Assembly (NCBI GenBank): GCA_964470515.1
Contig: CAYYDD010000002.1
Coordinates: forward strand, 3,764-67,763
Origin: an uncultured Eubacteriales bacterium
GTDB taxonomy: Bacteria > Bacillota > Clostridia > Oscillospirales > Acutalibacteraceae
Length of the DNA stretch: 64,000 nucleotides
Reading direction: 5' to 3'
Below are positions 35,413 through 45,136 of this stretch, in pieces. The translations under genes and the position numbers were made by a program. Under the pieces are notes generated by a model, which saw nothing but the letters and a program-made list of their open reading frames with translations, was not told where the DNA came from and did not search any database. Each line of letters starts with the position of its first letter. The first letter of the stretch is position 1.

Positions 35413-36699
35413 TTGGATAAGTATATCATCTGCGGTGAACGGCGCTTGGCCGGCACGGTGGATATCAGCGGCGCGAAAAACGCCGTGGTGGCTATTTTGC
35501 CGGCCACGGTGCTCGCCAACGGTGTCTGCCGCATAGAGAACATTCCGAACATTGCCGATGTGAACACGGCACTGGAGATCTTAGATTCTCTGGGGGCTAC
35601 CGTGCGCCGCATCGATAAGCATACCGTCGAGATCGATTCGCGTACCATCGTCACCCAAACGGTGCCGCACGACCTCGCCAAGAAAATGCGTGCATCGTAT
35701 TATTTTATCGGTGCGTTGCTGGGTCGTTTCGGCAAGGCCAGTGTTCCGATGCCGGGCGGTTGCTATTTCGGCGTTCGTCCCATTGATCAGCATCTCAAGG
35801 GTTTCACCGCGCTGGGCGCGCAGGTGTTGCCGATGAAAAACGGGATGATCAGCGCGTGTGCCGAGGAGCTTGTCGGCAACTCCGTGTATCTGGATATGGT
35901 GTCGGTGGGTGCTACCGTCAACATTATGCTGGCGGCAGTATATGCGCAGGGCACCACCGTCATCGAAAACGCGGCGAAGGAGCCGCATATCGTTGATCTG
36001 GCCAACTTCCTGAACTCGATGGGCGCGGATGTCCGCGGCGCGGGCACCGATGTTATCAAGGTGCGCGGTGTCACCCGCTTGTATGGTACCACCTATTCCA
36101 TCATTCCCGACCAGATCGAAGCCGGCACCTATATGGCGGCGGCTGTGGCCACGGGTGGTGATGTGACGGTGCGCAACGTCATTCCGAAGCATCTGGAATC
36201 CATTACCGCCAAGCTACAGGAAATGGGTGCTCGGATCGAGGAATTTGACGAGGAGATCCGCGTGTGCGCGGGCGAGAGCATGTGCCACTGCAATGTGAAA
36301 ACGATGCCGCATCCCGGTTTCCCCACGGATATGCAGCCGCAGATCGCGGTGTTGCTGTCGATGGCGGAGGGGACAAGCATCATCAACGAGGGCGTGTGGG
36401 AAAACCGCTACCGCTACGTGGACGAGCTACGGCGTATGGGTGCCGAGATCCAGGTGGACGGCAAGCTCGCCGTCATTCAGGGCGTTCCGCATTTAACGGC
36501 GGCTCCCGTCAAGGCGATGGATCTGCGCGCCGGTGCTGCGATGGTCATCGCGGCTCTGGCGGCTCACGGTGTCACCGAGATCGAGGATATTCAATACATC
36601 GAGCGCGGCTACGAGGATCTGGTAGAAAAGTTGCGTGGTCTCGGCGCGGATATTCGCCGCGTTTCCGAAGACGAGCCCGCATTACAATCCGCACAATAA
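35413..36699 (+). CDS. murA: UDP-N-acetylglucosamine 1-carboxyvinyltransferase.
   Basis: A TTG start gives MDKYIICGERRLAGTVDISGAKNA. Active-site loop PGGCYFGVRPID. Confidence 0.9.
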   Translation: MDKYIICGERRLAGTVDISGAKNAVVAILPATVLANGVCRIENIPNIADVNTALEILDSLGATVRRIDKHTVEIDSRTIVTQTVPHDLAKKMRASYYFIGALLGRFGKASVPMPGGCYFGVRPIDQHLKGFTALGAQVLPMKNGMISACAEELVGNSVYLDMVSVGATVNIMLAAVYAQGTTVIENAAKEPHIVDLANFLNSMGADVRGAGTDVIKVRGVTRLYGTTYSIIPDQIEAGTYMAAAVATGGDVTVRNVIPKHLESITAKLQEMGARIEEFDEEIRVCAGESMCHCNVKTMPHPGFPTDMQPQIAVLLSMAEGTSIINEGVWENRYRYVDELRRMGAEIQVDGKLAVIQGVPHLTAAPVKAMDLRAGAAMVIAALAAHGVTEIEDIQYIERGYEDLVEKLRGLGADIRRVSEDEPALQSAQ

Positions 36700-36709
36700 G
36701 CTGTTTGGC

Positions 36710-36742
36710 GGCGCACACTGGTTTGAGTGTGCGCCGTTTTTT
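36710..36742 (+). terminator. Rho-independent terminator.
   Basis: ggcgcacac-tggtttga-gtgtgcgcc followed by gtttttt. Confidence 0.85.
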
Positions 36743-36757
36743 AAGAAAGGAAGTATT

Positions 36758-37546
36758 ATGGCTCGGTTTTCTCCCTTATTCAGCGGCAGCAGCGGCAACT
36801 GCCTGTACGTCGGCACCGGCGAGGCTGGTTTGCTGGTGGACGCGGGTGTCAGTGCCCGCCGCATCGAACGCGCACTGTGGGCACGGGAGATTGATCCCGG
36901 CAGTATCCGCGCGGTGCTCGTTACCCACGAGCATACCGACCACGTCACCGGTCTGCGGGTGCTGTGCAAGCGATTCCGCATCCCGGTGTACGCCAGCGTC
37001 GGCACCGGTGAGGCCCTGCGCGCGGGCGGCTTGTTGGAGCCGCAAACGCTGTGCCTACCTATCACCGATGACCAACAGATCGGCGAGTTCAAGGTTACGC
37101 CGTTTGCGACCTCGCACGATTGCCGCGAAAGCTATGGCTACCGCATCACGTTGCCGGATGACCGCTGCGTCGGTGTGGCGACCGACCTCGGCGTGATGAC
37201 GCAGACGGTGCGGGATCATCTGCGCGGCTGCGATCTGATACATATCGAATCCAATCACGATATCCGTATGCTGGAAAACGGCCCGTATCCGTATCCGCTC
37301 AAGCGACGTATCCTGTCCGATCGCGGGCATTTATCCAATGCAGCGTGTGCCCGTGAGCTACCGAGTCTGGTGCGGGACGGAACGACCCGCATTTTCCTCG
37401 GCCATTTAAGTCGGGAGAATAACGTCCCTGAACTCGCGTACGCCACCGCGCAGGCGGAGCTGAACGCTTGCGGCCTGATAGAGAATATCGACTACGTGTT
37501 GCGTATTGCGCCGCCGGAGAATGACGGCGCGTATCTGGTCTTTTAG
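36758..37546 (+). CDS. MBL-fold metallo-hydrolase.
   Basis: MARFSPLFSGSSGNC and THEHTDH motifs. The track start lies inside the murA terminator, so it is moved. Confidence 0.8.
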   Translation: MARFSPLFSGSSGNCLYVGTGEAGLLVDAGVSARRIERALWAREIDPGSIRAVLVTHEHTDHVTGLRVLCKRFRIPVYASVGTGEALRAGGLLEPQTLCLPITDDQQIGEFKVTPFATSHDCRESYGYRITLPDDRCVGVATDLGVMTQTVRDHLRGCDLIHIESNHDIRMLENGPYPYPLKRRILSDRGHLSNAACARELPSLVRDGTTRIFLGHLSRENNVPELAYATAQAELNACGLIENIDYVLRIAPPENDGAYLVF

Positions 37547-37562
37547 AAAGGGGTGAACGACG

Positions 37563-38045
37563 GTGCTGACAGTCACGCTGGCCTGCGTAGGCAAGCTCAA
37601 GGAAGCCTATTGGCGGGAGGCGTGTGCCGAGTACGAGAAACGTCTCGGTGCGTTTTGCCGCCTGCAGATCGTGGAGGTCGCGGAGGAACGCTTGCCCGAT
37701 GCCCCGTCTGCCGCACAGATCACCTCCGCCATTGAGGCGGAGGGTCAGCGGTTGTTATCCCGTATTCCCGCCGGTGCGTCGCTGATCGCCTTGTGCATTG
37801 AGGGCAGGGAAATGCCGTCCGAGGCCTTGTCAAAGCAGTTGTCGCAATGGACGGTGGACGGTGTCAGCCACGTGGCGTTCGTCATCGGCGGTTCGTTCGG
37901 CTTGTCGGATGCCGTCAAGCGTGAGGCACGCTTGAGGCTGTCCTTCTCGCCGATGACCTTCCCGCATCAGTTGGCGCGTATTTTGACATTGGAACAGATC
38001 TACCGGGCGTTCCATATCGCCTCGGGTGGGAAATATCACAAGTAA
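37563..38045 (+). CDS. rlmH: 23S rRNA (pseudouridine1915-N3)-methyltransferase.
   Basis: SPOUT fold. VGKLKE..Y.KR and FVIGGSFG motifs. Confidence 0.85.
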   Translation: MLTVTLACVGKLKEAYWREACAEYEKRLGAFCRLQIVEVAEERLPDAPSAAQITSAIEAEGQRLLSRIPAGASLIALCIEGREMPSEALSKQLSQWTVDGVSHVAFVIGGSFGLSDAVKREARLRLSFSPMTFPHQLARILTLEQIYRAFHIASGGKYHK

Positions 38046-38057
38046 GGAGAGACTGCT

Positions 38058-38351
38058 ATGGCACGCAACCGCGTAAAACTCACCATCGCCGGTACGGAGT
38101 ATATCCTTGTTTCGGATGAGCCGATCGCCTATGTGGCACAGCTCGGTCGCGAGATAGATGCTGCTCTGACAGAGCTGACGGATGATGGCCGTATGCCCCC
38201 GATGAAAGCCGCGGTGCTGACCGCGATCACCGAGTGCGACAAGGCGCACAAGGCGGAAGCCGCGGCAGATCACCTGCGTGACCGGCTGCGGGAATACCTT
38301 GCCGAAAACAATGCCCTGCATGCCGAAGTGGAGCGTCTGCGTCGTGGTTAA
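38058..38351 (+). CDS. zapA: Cell division protein ZapA.
   Basis: VKLTIAGTEYILVSDE pattern, 97 aa. Confidence 0.75.
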   Translation: MARNRVKLTIAGTEYILVSDEPIAYVAQLGREIDAALTELTDDGRMPPMKAAVLTAITECDKAHKAEAAADHLRDRLREYLAENNALHAEVERLRRG

Positions 38352-40374
38352 GCCGGAGCTGCTGTCACCGGCAGGCTCGCAGGAGTCGCTGGTCGCCGCC
38401 GTCCGCGCGGGCGCGGATGCGGTGTATCTCGGGGTGGGGACGTTCAATGCCCGCCGCAACGCCCGCAATTTTTCCATAGAAGCTACAGACGATGCGGCCT
38501 GCTCCTTGGAGGAGGCGGTATCGTTTTGTCATACCCGCGGTGTTCAGGTGCATCTGGCGCTCAATACGCTGGTGCGTGACCGTGAACTGCCGGAGGCGCA
38601 GCGCATTGCCGAAGCGGCCTGCGCTGCGGGCGTGGATGCGCTCATCGTGCAGGATCGCGGGCTGGCTCGTTTGCTGCACGCCGCCGCACCGACGATGCCC
38701 CTGCACGCGTCCACGCAGTTATCCTGCCACACCCCGGCGGGCGTTGAAGCACTGCGTGATGCCGGCTTTTCGCGGGTGGTGCTGGCCAGAGAAATGACCC
38801 GAGAGGAGATTGCCGCCTGCCGTGACCTCGGCTGTGAGCTGGAGGTGTTTGTACACGGTGCCTTGTGTATGAGCGTGTCGGGTCAATGCGAGCTGTCCGC
38901 CCTGCTCGGTGGGCGAAGCGGTAACCGGGGCTTATGTGCTCAGCCCTGCCGTCTGCCGTTTGCCGTGGGTCGTGCCCCGCGTGGGGGTGAGACGGCTCTC
39001 AGTCTGAAGGATCAGTCGCTGTATGCGCATCTGGATGAACTGCGCGGGCTTGGTGTGGCTTCGCTGAAGATCGAGGGGCGGATGAAGCGCCCCGAGTACG
39101 TCGCTGCCGCTACGGCGGTGCTGCGCCTCCTGCTGGACGGCAAAACGCCCGACTCACAGCTTATGGATGACCTGCAAGCGGTGTTCTCCCGCTCCGGCTT
39201 TACCGACGGCTATTTTACGGGCAAGCGCGATGCCGCGATGTTCGGCAGTCGCCGCGAGGCGGACGTGGCTACACCCGCAGTGCTCTCACGCCTTGGGCGG
39301 CTGTACGACCGCGAGATGCCCCGCGTTCCCGTCACCCTGACGCTGACGGATGCTCCTTTGACACTCACCGCGGAGGACAGCGACGGCAACACCGTCTCGG
39401 TCACCGCGCCGACGGATACGCCCGTGCTGGATCGTGCATTGGATACCGAGCGGGCTAAGGCTCAGCTCGGTAAGACCGGCGGTACGCCGTTTATCGCCAC
39501 GGTGACCGAGGCTTGCTCGCCTGCGGTGCCGTTGTCGGCGATCAACGCCCTGCGCCGTGCCGCATTGGATGAGTTGTCGCAGAAGCGTGGGCAACCCCGA
39601 CCTGTCGCGTATACGGCCGCACAGCCGTCGTTCGTGGCACTGCCGTCGGGGTTGCTGCACGGCTTGGTCGCCCGCGTGGAGCGTGAGGAGCAGATCGCGG
39701 GGGAGGCGGAGCATTGGATCGTGCCGCTCGGTTGCCGTCCCGCTGTGCCGCACTGGGGTGTGGAGATACCGCGCGGCTTGTTCGGTAGGGAGGAGACGGT
39801 GCGCCGCGCTCTGCGGGAAGCCGCGACGGCGGGTGCCTGGTTTGCGTTGTGCAATAACGTCGGCGCGGTGCCTCTCGCACGGGAGGTCGGTCTGCCTCCG
39901 GTCGTCGGTTCTTTCTGGAATATCACCAATGCCGAGGCATTGGCGGCAGCCGCCGGGGACGGTGCGGCCGCAGCCGTTGTGTCGTTTGAGCTGACCTTCC
40001 CGCAACTACGGTTTGCGGAGAGAAACGGCTGTACCGGCTTGTTTGCCTATGGCCGTCAGCCGCTGATGCTGCTGCGGAATTGCCCGGTCTCTGCGGCGAA
40101 GGGCTGTGCGTCGTGCGACGGAGGCTCGGAGCTTGTTGACCGTACGGGGGCGCGTTTCCCGGTGCGCTGTCACGGTGGCTGCGGTGATCTGCTCAACGCG
40201 GTGCCGCTGTATCTGGCCGACTGCTTGGAGGAACTGCCGCAAACGGCGTTCCGATATTTGCATTTTACCGACGAAGCGCCCGAACGGGTCGCCGAGGTAC
40301 TGCGTGAGTACCGTGTCGGTGCCCCCCCGCCGCCCGCCTTTACCCGCGGGCTGTATAAGCGGGGCGTGGAATAA
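38344..40374 (+). CDS. U32 family peptidase.
   Basis: A GTG start gives MVKPELLSPAGS. Also AGADAVYLG and E.FVHGALCMSVSGQC motifs. Confidence 0.8.
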   Translation: MVKPELLSPAGSQESLVAAVRAGADAVYLGVGTFNARRNARNFSIEATDDAACSLEEAVSFCHTRGVQVHLALNTLVRDRELPEAQRIAEAACAAGVDALIVQDRGLARLLHAAAPTMPLHASTQLSCHTPAGVEALRDAGFSRVVLAREMTREEIAACRDLGCELEVFVHGALCMSVSGQCELSALLGGRSGNRGLCAQPCRLPFAVGRAPRGGETALSLKDQSLYAHLDELRGLGVASLKIEGRMKRPEYVAAATAVLRLLLDGKTPDSQLMDDLQAVFSRSGFTDGYFTGKRDAAMFGSRREADVATPAVLSRLGRLYDREMPRVPVTLTLTDAPLTLTAEDSDGNTVSVTAPTDTPVLDRALDTERAKAQLGKTGGTPFIATVTEACSPAVPLSAINALRRAALDELSQKRGQPRPVAYTAAQPSFVALPSGLLHGLVARVEREEQIAGEAEHWIVPLGCRPAVPHWGVEIPRGLFGREETVRRALREAATAGAWFALCNNVGAVPLAREVGLPPVVGSFWNITNAEALAAAAGDGAAAAVVSFELTFPQLRFAERNGCTGLFAYGRQPLMLLRNCPVSAAKGCASCDGGSELVDRTGARFPVRCHGGCGDLLNAVPLYLADCLEELPQTAFRYLHFTDEAPERVAEVLREYRVGAPPPPAFTRGLYKRGVE

Positions 40375-40385
40375 CGAAATACAAC

Positions 40386-40421
40386 GGCGGATGCGTGATG
40401 CATCCGCCGCTTCTCTTTTTT
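40386..40421 (+). terminator. Rho-independent terminator.
   Basis: ggcggatgc-gtgat-gcatccgcc followed by a T-rich tail. Confidence 0.75.
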
Positions 40422-40430
40422 ATCAGCTTG

Positions 40431-40460
40431 TCATAAACGCGTCACCAGCCTCATAGGAAT
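40431..40460 (+). promoter_or_regulatory. Possible sigma-E type promoter of spoIVA.
   Basis: tcATAa, 16-nt spacer, CATAggAaT. This resembles the remembered sigma-E consensus (ATA ... CATACA-T). Confidence 0.3.
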
Positions 40461-40492
40461 GTACAAACAATGATGTGAGCGGAGGAAGGACT

Positions 40493-41974
40493 ATGACAGC
40501 GAGCAATACCATATATCAGGATATCGCCACCCGAACCGGCGGGGACATTTACATCGGCGTGGTCGGGCCGGTACGAACGGGTAAATCCACCTTTATCAAG
40601 CAGTTTATGGATACGTTGGTGCTGCCCAACATTGACAGCGAATACAGCCGCGAGCGCGCGGTGGATGAGCTGCCTCAGTCGTCGGCAGGTCGTACCATTA
40701 TGACCACCGAGCCGAAGTTTATCCCCGAGCAGGCGGTGGGCATCACCGTCAGCGGTACGGCGGGGATGCGGGTACGTATGATCGACTGCGTGGGCTACGT
40801 TGTGCCGTCGGCGCTGGGCTACATCGAAGAAAACGCCCCGCGTATGGTCAAGACCCCGTGGTTTGACGAGGAGGTCCCGTTCAATATGGCGGCGGAGGTT
40901 GGTACGCAAAAGGTCATTGCGGAGCATTCAACCATCGGTCTGGTCGTTACTACCGACGGTAGCATCACCGAGATCCCGCGGGAGGAGTACGCCGAGGCGG
41001 AGGAGCGTGTTATCCGTGAATTACAGGCGATCAACAAGCCGTTTGCGGTACTGCTCAACACCACCGACCCGGGCAGCGACGCGACGCGTGCGCTGTGCGG
41101 TGAGCTGGGCGAGAAATACGGTGTGCCGGTATGCCCGGTCAACTGTCTGGAGATCGGCGAGGAAAAAATCCGGGAGATCCTCAAAACCATTTTGTTTGAG
41201 TTTCCCATCCGTGAGATCGGATTCAAAATGCCGCCGTGGGTGATGGAGCTGGAGCGCGAGCATCCCGTGCGCCGCAGCATCGTCGGTACGGTGCGCGAGG
41301 CGGTCAGCGGCGTGCAGAAGATCCGCGAGCTGAACGCGGTCAGCCGTGCTCTGGCCGAATGTGACCACCTCAGCGGCGTGTCGCTGGAGGAGATCGATCT
41401 CGGCAGTGGTAGCGGTGTGGTGGAGCTGACGGTGCTACCTGAATTGTTCTATCAGGTGCTCAGCGAGACCACGGGTATCCCCGTCGCCGACGAGGGTGAG
41501 CTGATGACCCGTATGAACGAGCTGGCGGATATCCGCCGCCGGTACGATAAGATTAAGGCTGCACTGGATCAGGTGGAGGCTACGGGCTACGGTATTGTGA
41601 TGCCGTCGCTGGACGAAATGGCACTGGATGAGCCGGAGATTATCAAGCAGAGCGGACGGTACGGTGTCCGTCTGCGCGCGAGTGCGCCGTCTATCCATAT
41701 GATGAAGGCCAACATCACCACCGAGGTCGCGCCCATCGTCGGCTCGGAAAAGCAATCCGAGGAGCTGGTCAACTACCTGCTGCGTGAGTTTGAGGAGGAT
41801 CCCTCGAAGATCTGGGATTCCAATATTTTCGGCACCTCGCTGTACGGGCTGGTGAACGAGGGCCTGCACAACAAGCTGTACCGTATGCCGGGTGATGCGC
41901 GTCTAAAGCTGAAGGATACGGTCGAGCGCATTATCAACGAGGGCTGTAACGGTCTGATCTGTATTATTGTATAA
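40493..41974 (+). CDS. spoIVA: Stage IV sporulation protein A.
   Basis: IYQDIATRTGGDIYIGVVGPVRTGKSTFIK. C-terminal EGCNGLICIIV. Confidence 0.95.
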   Translation: MTASNTIYQDIATRTGGDIYIGVVGPVRTGKSTFIKQFMDTLVLPNIDSEYSRERAVDELPQSSAGRTIMTTEPKFIPEQAVGITVSGTAGMRVRMIDCVGYVVPSALGYIEENAPRMVKTPWFDEEVPFNMAAEVGTQKVIAEHSTIGLVVTTDGSITEIPREEYAEAEERVIRELQAINKPFAVLLNTTDPGSDATRALCGELGEKYGVPVCPVNCLEIGEEKIREILKTILFEFPIREIGFKMPPWVMELEREHPVRRSIVGTVREAVSGVQKIRELNAVSRALAECDHLSGVSLEEIDLGSGSGVVELTVLPELFYQVLSETTGIPVADEGELMTRMNELADIRRRYDKIKAALDQVEATGYGIVMPSLDEMALDEPEIIKQSGRYGVRLRASAPSIHMMKANITTEVAPIVGSEKQSEELVNYLLREFEEDPSKIWDSNIFGTSLYGLVNEGLHNKLYRMPGDARLKLKDTVERIINEGCNGLICIIV

Positions 41975-41987
41975 GGAGGCACTTACT

Positions 41988-42668
41988 ATGGCAGAACAAC
42001 GTCGCACGCGATCCCGCTTATCGCTGATCGCGGTACAGAGCATCGTGTGCGGCGTTATCCTGCTGCTGGCACTGCTGCTGCGGCTGATCGGCGGGGATAC
42101 GTGGGATCAGTTGCGCACCGTTTTTCAGCACTGGATGACCGACGACGGCCTCGCGGCCCTGGTGGAGCCGGAGCCCGAGGCCGCCGGTGGGCGGGATATC
42201 CCGGTCGGGGAGGCGGTATCGGTGCTCGTGCCGCCCGAGGGGGCGACGTTTGCACCGATTTCGCTGCCGACCACCGGGGTCGCACCGTTGCACAGCGGTG
42301 AGGTGACCTCGGTATTCGGCTACCGTACCGATCCCATCCGCGGAGGGACAGGCTTTCACACCGGTACGGACGTTTCCGCACAGGAGGGGGAGGCACTTTA
42401 CGCGCCGTATGACGGCACGGTGACTGCGGCGGCGTGGGATAACAGCTACGGCTATTACGTCACCGTGCGTGCAGGTGACGTTGACATTCTATATGCGCAT
42501 TGCTCGGTGCTGTTATGCCGTGAGGGCGACGATGTTAAAGCTGGGGATACCGTGGCTCGCGTGGGTAGCACGGGCGATTCCACCGGTAACCATGTGCATA
42601 TCGAGCTGCACCGTGCGGGCATCTGCTACGATCCCGCACCGCTTATCCCGGAGACGTGGTATGCTTGA
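41988..42668 (+). CDS. M23 family metallopeptidase with N-terminal TM (SpoIVFA-like position).
   Basis: HTGTD ... GNHVHIELH motifs. It lies upstream of an M50 protease gene. Confidence 0.75.
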   Translation: MAEQRRTRSRLSLIAVQSIVCGVILLLALLLRLIGGDTWDQLRTVFQHWMTDDGLAALVEPEPEAAGGRDIPVGEAVSVLVPPEGATFAPISLPTTGVAPLHSGEVTSVFGYRTDPIRGGTGFHTGTDVSAQEGEALYAPYDGTVTAAAWDNSYGYYVTVRAGDVDILYAHCSVLLCREGDDVKAGDTVARVGSTGDSTGNHVHIELHRAGICYDPAPLIPETWYA

Positions 42669-43233
42669 ATGGCGTTGGTGGGGCGTGCGCTTTCGGCTGA
42701 GTCTCCTGTTCCCTGCGGCAGTGATCGTGATGCTGTCGCTTGACAAAAGCGGGTTGACCGCGCTGTGCCTGGCGGCCTCGCTTCTTCACGAGCTGGGGCA
42801 TTTTGTGATGATGCTGCTGTGCCGTGACCACCCCGCGTGTGTGACACTGGATGTGTTTGGGATGCGGGTAGAGCGTCGCCCGACACAGCGACTGGGTTAC
42901 CCCGCGCTGTGCGCGGTATCGCTGGCAGGCCCCCTGATAAACGCCGCGTGTACCGCGGTACTGCCGTCCGAGGCGGCACTGGTGCACGGGGTGCTGGCAG
43001 TGTTTCATCTCCTGCCCGTCACGTCGCTCGACGGCGGTGAGGCGCTGTATGCGCTGTTGTGTTGCCGCTTGTCAGAAGAACGCGCCGCGCGGATACTGCG
43101 CGGCTCATCGGCGGTGATACTGCTGCCGCTGGCAGCCCTCGGCTTTTGGCTATTATTCGGCTACCGCAACTTTACGTTGCTTTTTGTCAGCCTCTATTTG
43201 ATTTTACGAATGTTTTTGCACGAGGGGCATTGA
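42661..43233 (+). CDS. Site-2 protease family (M50, SpoIVFB-like) membrane metalloprotease.
   Basis: HELGH and LLPVTSLDGG motifs, multi-TM. Start at MLEWRWW. Confidence 0.7.
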   Translation: MLEWRWWGVRFRLSLLFPAAVIVMLSLDKSGLTALCLAASLLHELGHFVMMLLCRDHPACVTLDVFGMRVERRPTQRLGYPALCAVSLAGPLINAACTAVLPSEAALVHGVLAVFHLLPVTSLDGGEALYALLCCRLSEERAARILRGSSAVILLPLAALGFWLLFGYRNFTLLFVSLYLILRMFLHEGH

Positions 43234-43294
43234 AAAATCGCGTCAAATATCGTATACTGGGGTTACAGAGTTACGCCTTTATAGGAGGTACGAT

Positions 43295-45136
43295 ATGGCG
43301 CTGACATTGGACGAGTTATTTGAGCGGGTGCAAAAGCCCGCCCGCTATACCGGCGGTGAGCTTAACAGCATCGTGAAGGATAAGAACAAAGTCAATGTCC
43401 GATTTGCGTTTTGCTTTCCCGATCTGTACGAGGTGGGAATGTCGCATCTGGGTATGAAGATTCTCTACGGTCTCAAAAACGCCGTGGAGGATTTTTGGTG
43501 CGAGCGCGTATTTGCGCCCGATACCGATATGGAAACGCTGATGCGGGGAAATAATATCCCGTTGTTTGCGCTGGAAAGCCGCGATCCCATCCGGGACTTT
43601 GATTTCGTCGGCTTTACGCTGCAATATGAGATGTGCTACACCACCATCTTAAATATGCTGGATCTCGCCGGCATCCCACTGCGCGCCGATCGGCGCGGGA
43701 GCGATATGCCGCTCGTCATTGCGGGCGGCCCGTGTGCCTGCAACCCCGAGCCGCTCGCGGATTTCTTTGATATCTTTGTGATGGGTGAGGGAGAGGAAGT
43801 CAATCTGGAATTGATGGAGCTGTACCGTGAGCATAAAAACTGCGGCTACGATAAGCACACGTTCCTGAAAGCCGCCGCGCAGCTCGAGGGTGTGTATGTC
43901 CCCGCGTTTTACAAGGTCACGTATCACGAGGATGGTCGCGTCAAGGCCGTCACTCCGTGCGAGGGTGCTCCCTCCACGGTACGCAAGCGCATTGTCAAGG
44001 AGCTGGATACAGCGTATTACCCGGAGTCCTTTGTCGTGCCGTTCATTGATATCGTGCACGACCGCGCGATGAGCGAGATCTTCCGCGGCTGCATTCGCGG
44101 CTGCCGCTTCTGTCAGGCGGGCTTTATCTACCGCCCGGTACGTGAAAAATCGGTGGAGACCATCAACCGCCAGAGCCGCTGCCTGTGCGAGACCAGCGGA
44201 TACGAGGAATTTTCGCTGTCGTCGCTGTCTACCAGCGACTACCCCCATCTGGAGGAGCTGCTGACGCAGTTGCTCTCGTGGGCGGAGGAGCAGCACACCA
44301 ATATTTCGGTGCCGTCGTTGCGTGTGGACGGCTTTTCCGAGGAGCTGGCCAATCGGCTGAACGTGTTGCGCCGTAACGGACTGACCTTTGCCCCCGAGGC
44401 GGGTACGCAGCGGTTGCGCGATGCGATTAATAAAAATCTCACCGAGGATGAAATTCTGGAGACCGCCCGCCGCGCGTTTGCCGGTGGCTGGACGTCGGTG
44501 AAGCTGTATTTTATGATGGGTCTGCCCACCGAAACCGACGAGGATATCGTGGGTATCAACACGCTGGGTCAGAAGATAGTCAACTGCTTTTACCAAAACC
44601 CGAACAAGCCCAAGGGCAAAGGCGTGACGGTATCGGTCAGTGTGTCCTGCTTTGTGCCGAAGCCGTTTACCCCGTTTCAGTGGGAGCCGCAGGACAGTCT
44701 GGCACAGATGGAGGACAAGCAGTGCCTGCTGCGTGAATCCGTAACCACCAAAAAGGTATCTCTGAGCTGGCACGATGCCAAGACCAGCTATCTGGAAGCG
44801 GTGCTTGCCCGCGGTGATCGCCGCTTGGGCGCGGTGCTGGAGGAGGCGTTCCACCGCGGCTTTAATCTGGACGCGTGGTCCGAGCACTTTGATTTTGATA
44901 TGTGGATGGCCATTTTCCGCGACAAGGGTCTTGACCCGAATTTTTATGCTGGCCGCCGCCGAGAGGCAGACGAGGTATTCCCGTGGGATCACATCGATGT
45001 GGGCGTCAGCAAGACGTTTTTGTGGGCAGAAAATCAGCGTGCGCACGAGGCGGTGACTACGCCGAACTGCCGTCAGGAATGCTCGCATTGCGGTGCCGCC
45101 TGCTTCAAAGGAGGGATCTGCGTTGAACGACGTTAA
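43295..45136 (+). CDS. B12-binding-domain radical SAM protein (TIGR03960-like).
   Basis: CIRGCRFCQAG cluster motif. N-terminal ARYTGGE. Confidence 0.8.
   Translation: MALTLDELFERVQKPARYTGGELNSIVKDKNKVNVRFAFCFPDLYEVGMSHLGMKILYGLKNAVEDFWCERVFAPDTDMETLMRGNNIPLFALESRDPIRDFDFVGFTLQYEMCYTTILNMLDLAGIPLRADRRGSDMPLVIAGGPCACNPEPLADFFDIFVMGEGEEVNLELMELYREHKNCGYDKHTFLKAAAQLEGVYVPAFYKVTYHEDGRVKAVTPCEGAPSTVRKRIVKELDTAYYPESFVVPFIDIVHDRAMSEIFRGCIRGCRFCQAGFIYRPVREKSVETINRQSRCLCETSGYEEFSLSSLSTSDYPHLEELLTQLLSWAEEQHTNISVPSLRVDGFSEELANRLNVLRRNGLTFAPEAGTQRLRDAINKNLTEDEILETARRAFAGGWTSVKLYFMMGLPTETDEDIVGINTLGQKIVNCFYQNPNKPKGKGVTVSVSVSCFVPKPFTPFQWEPQDSLAQMEDKQCLLRESVTTKKVSLSWHDAKTSYLEAVLARGDRRLGAVLEEAFHRGFNLDAWSEHFDFDMWMAIFRDKGLDPNFYAGRRREADEVFPWDHIDVGVSKTFLWAENQRAHEAVTTPNCRQECSHCGAACFKGGICVERR

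Noticed and set aside
42469-43233. The long version of the M50 protease ORF starting at 42469.
   Set aside because: Its first 64 codons overlap the end of the M23 peptidase gene in another frame. The ATG at 42661 gives a typical membrane N-terminus.
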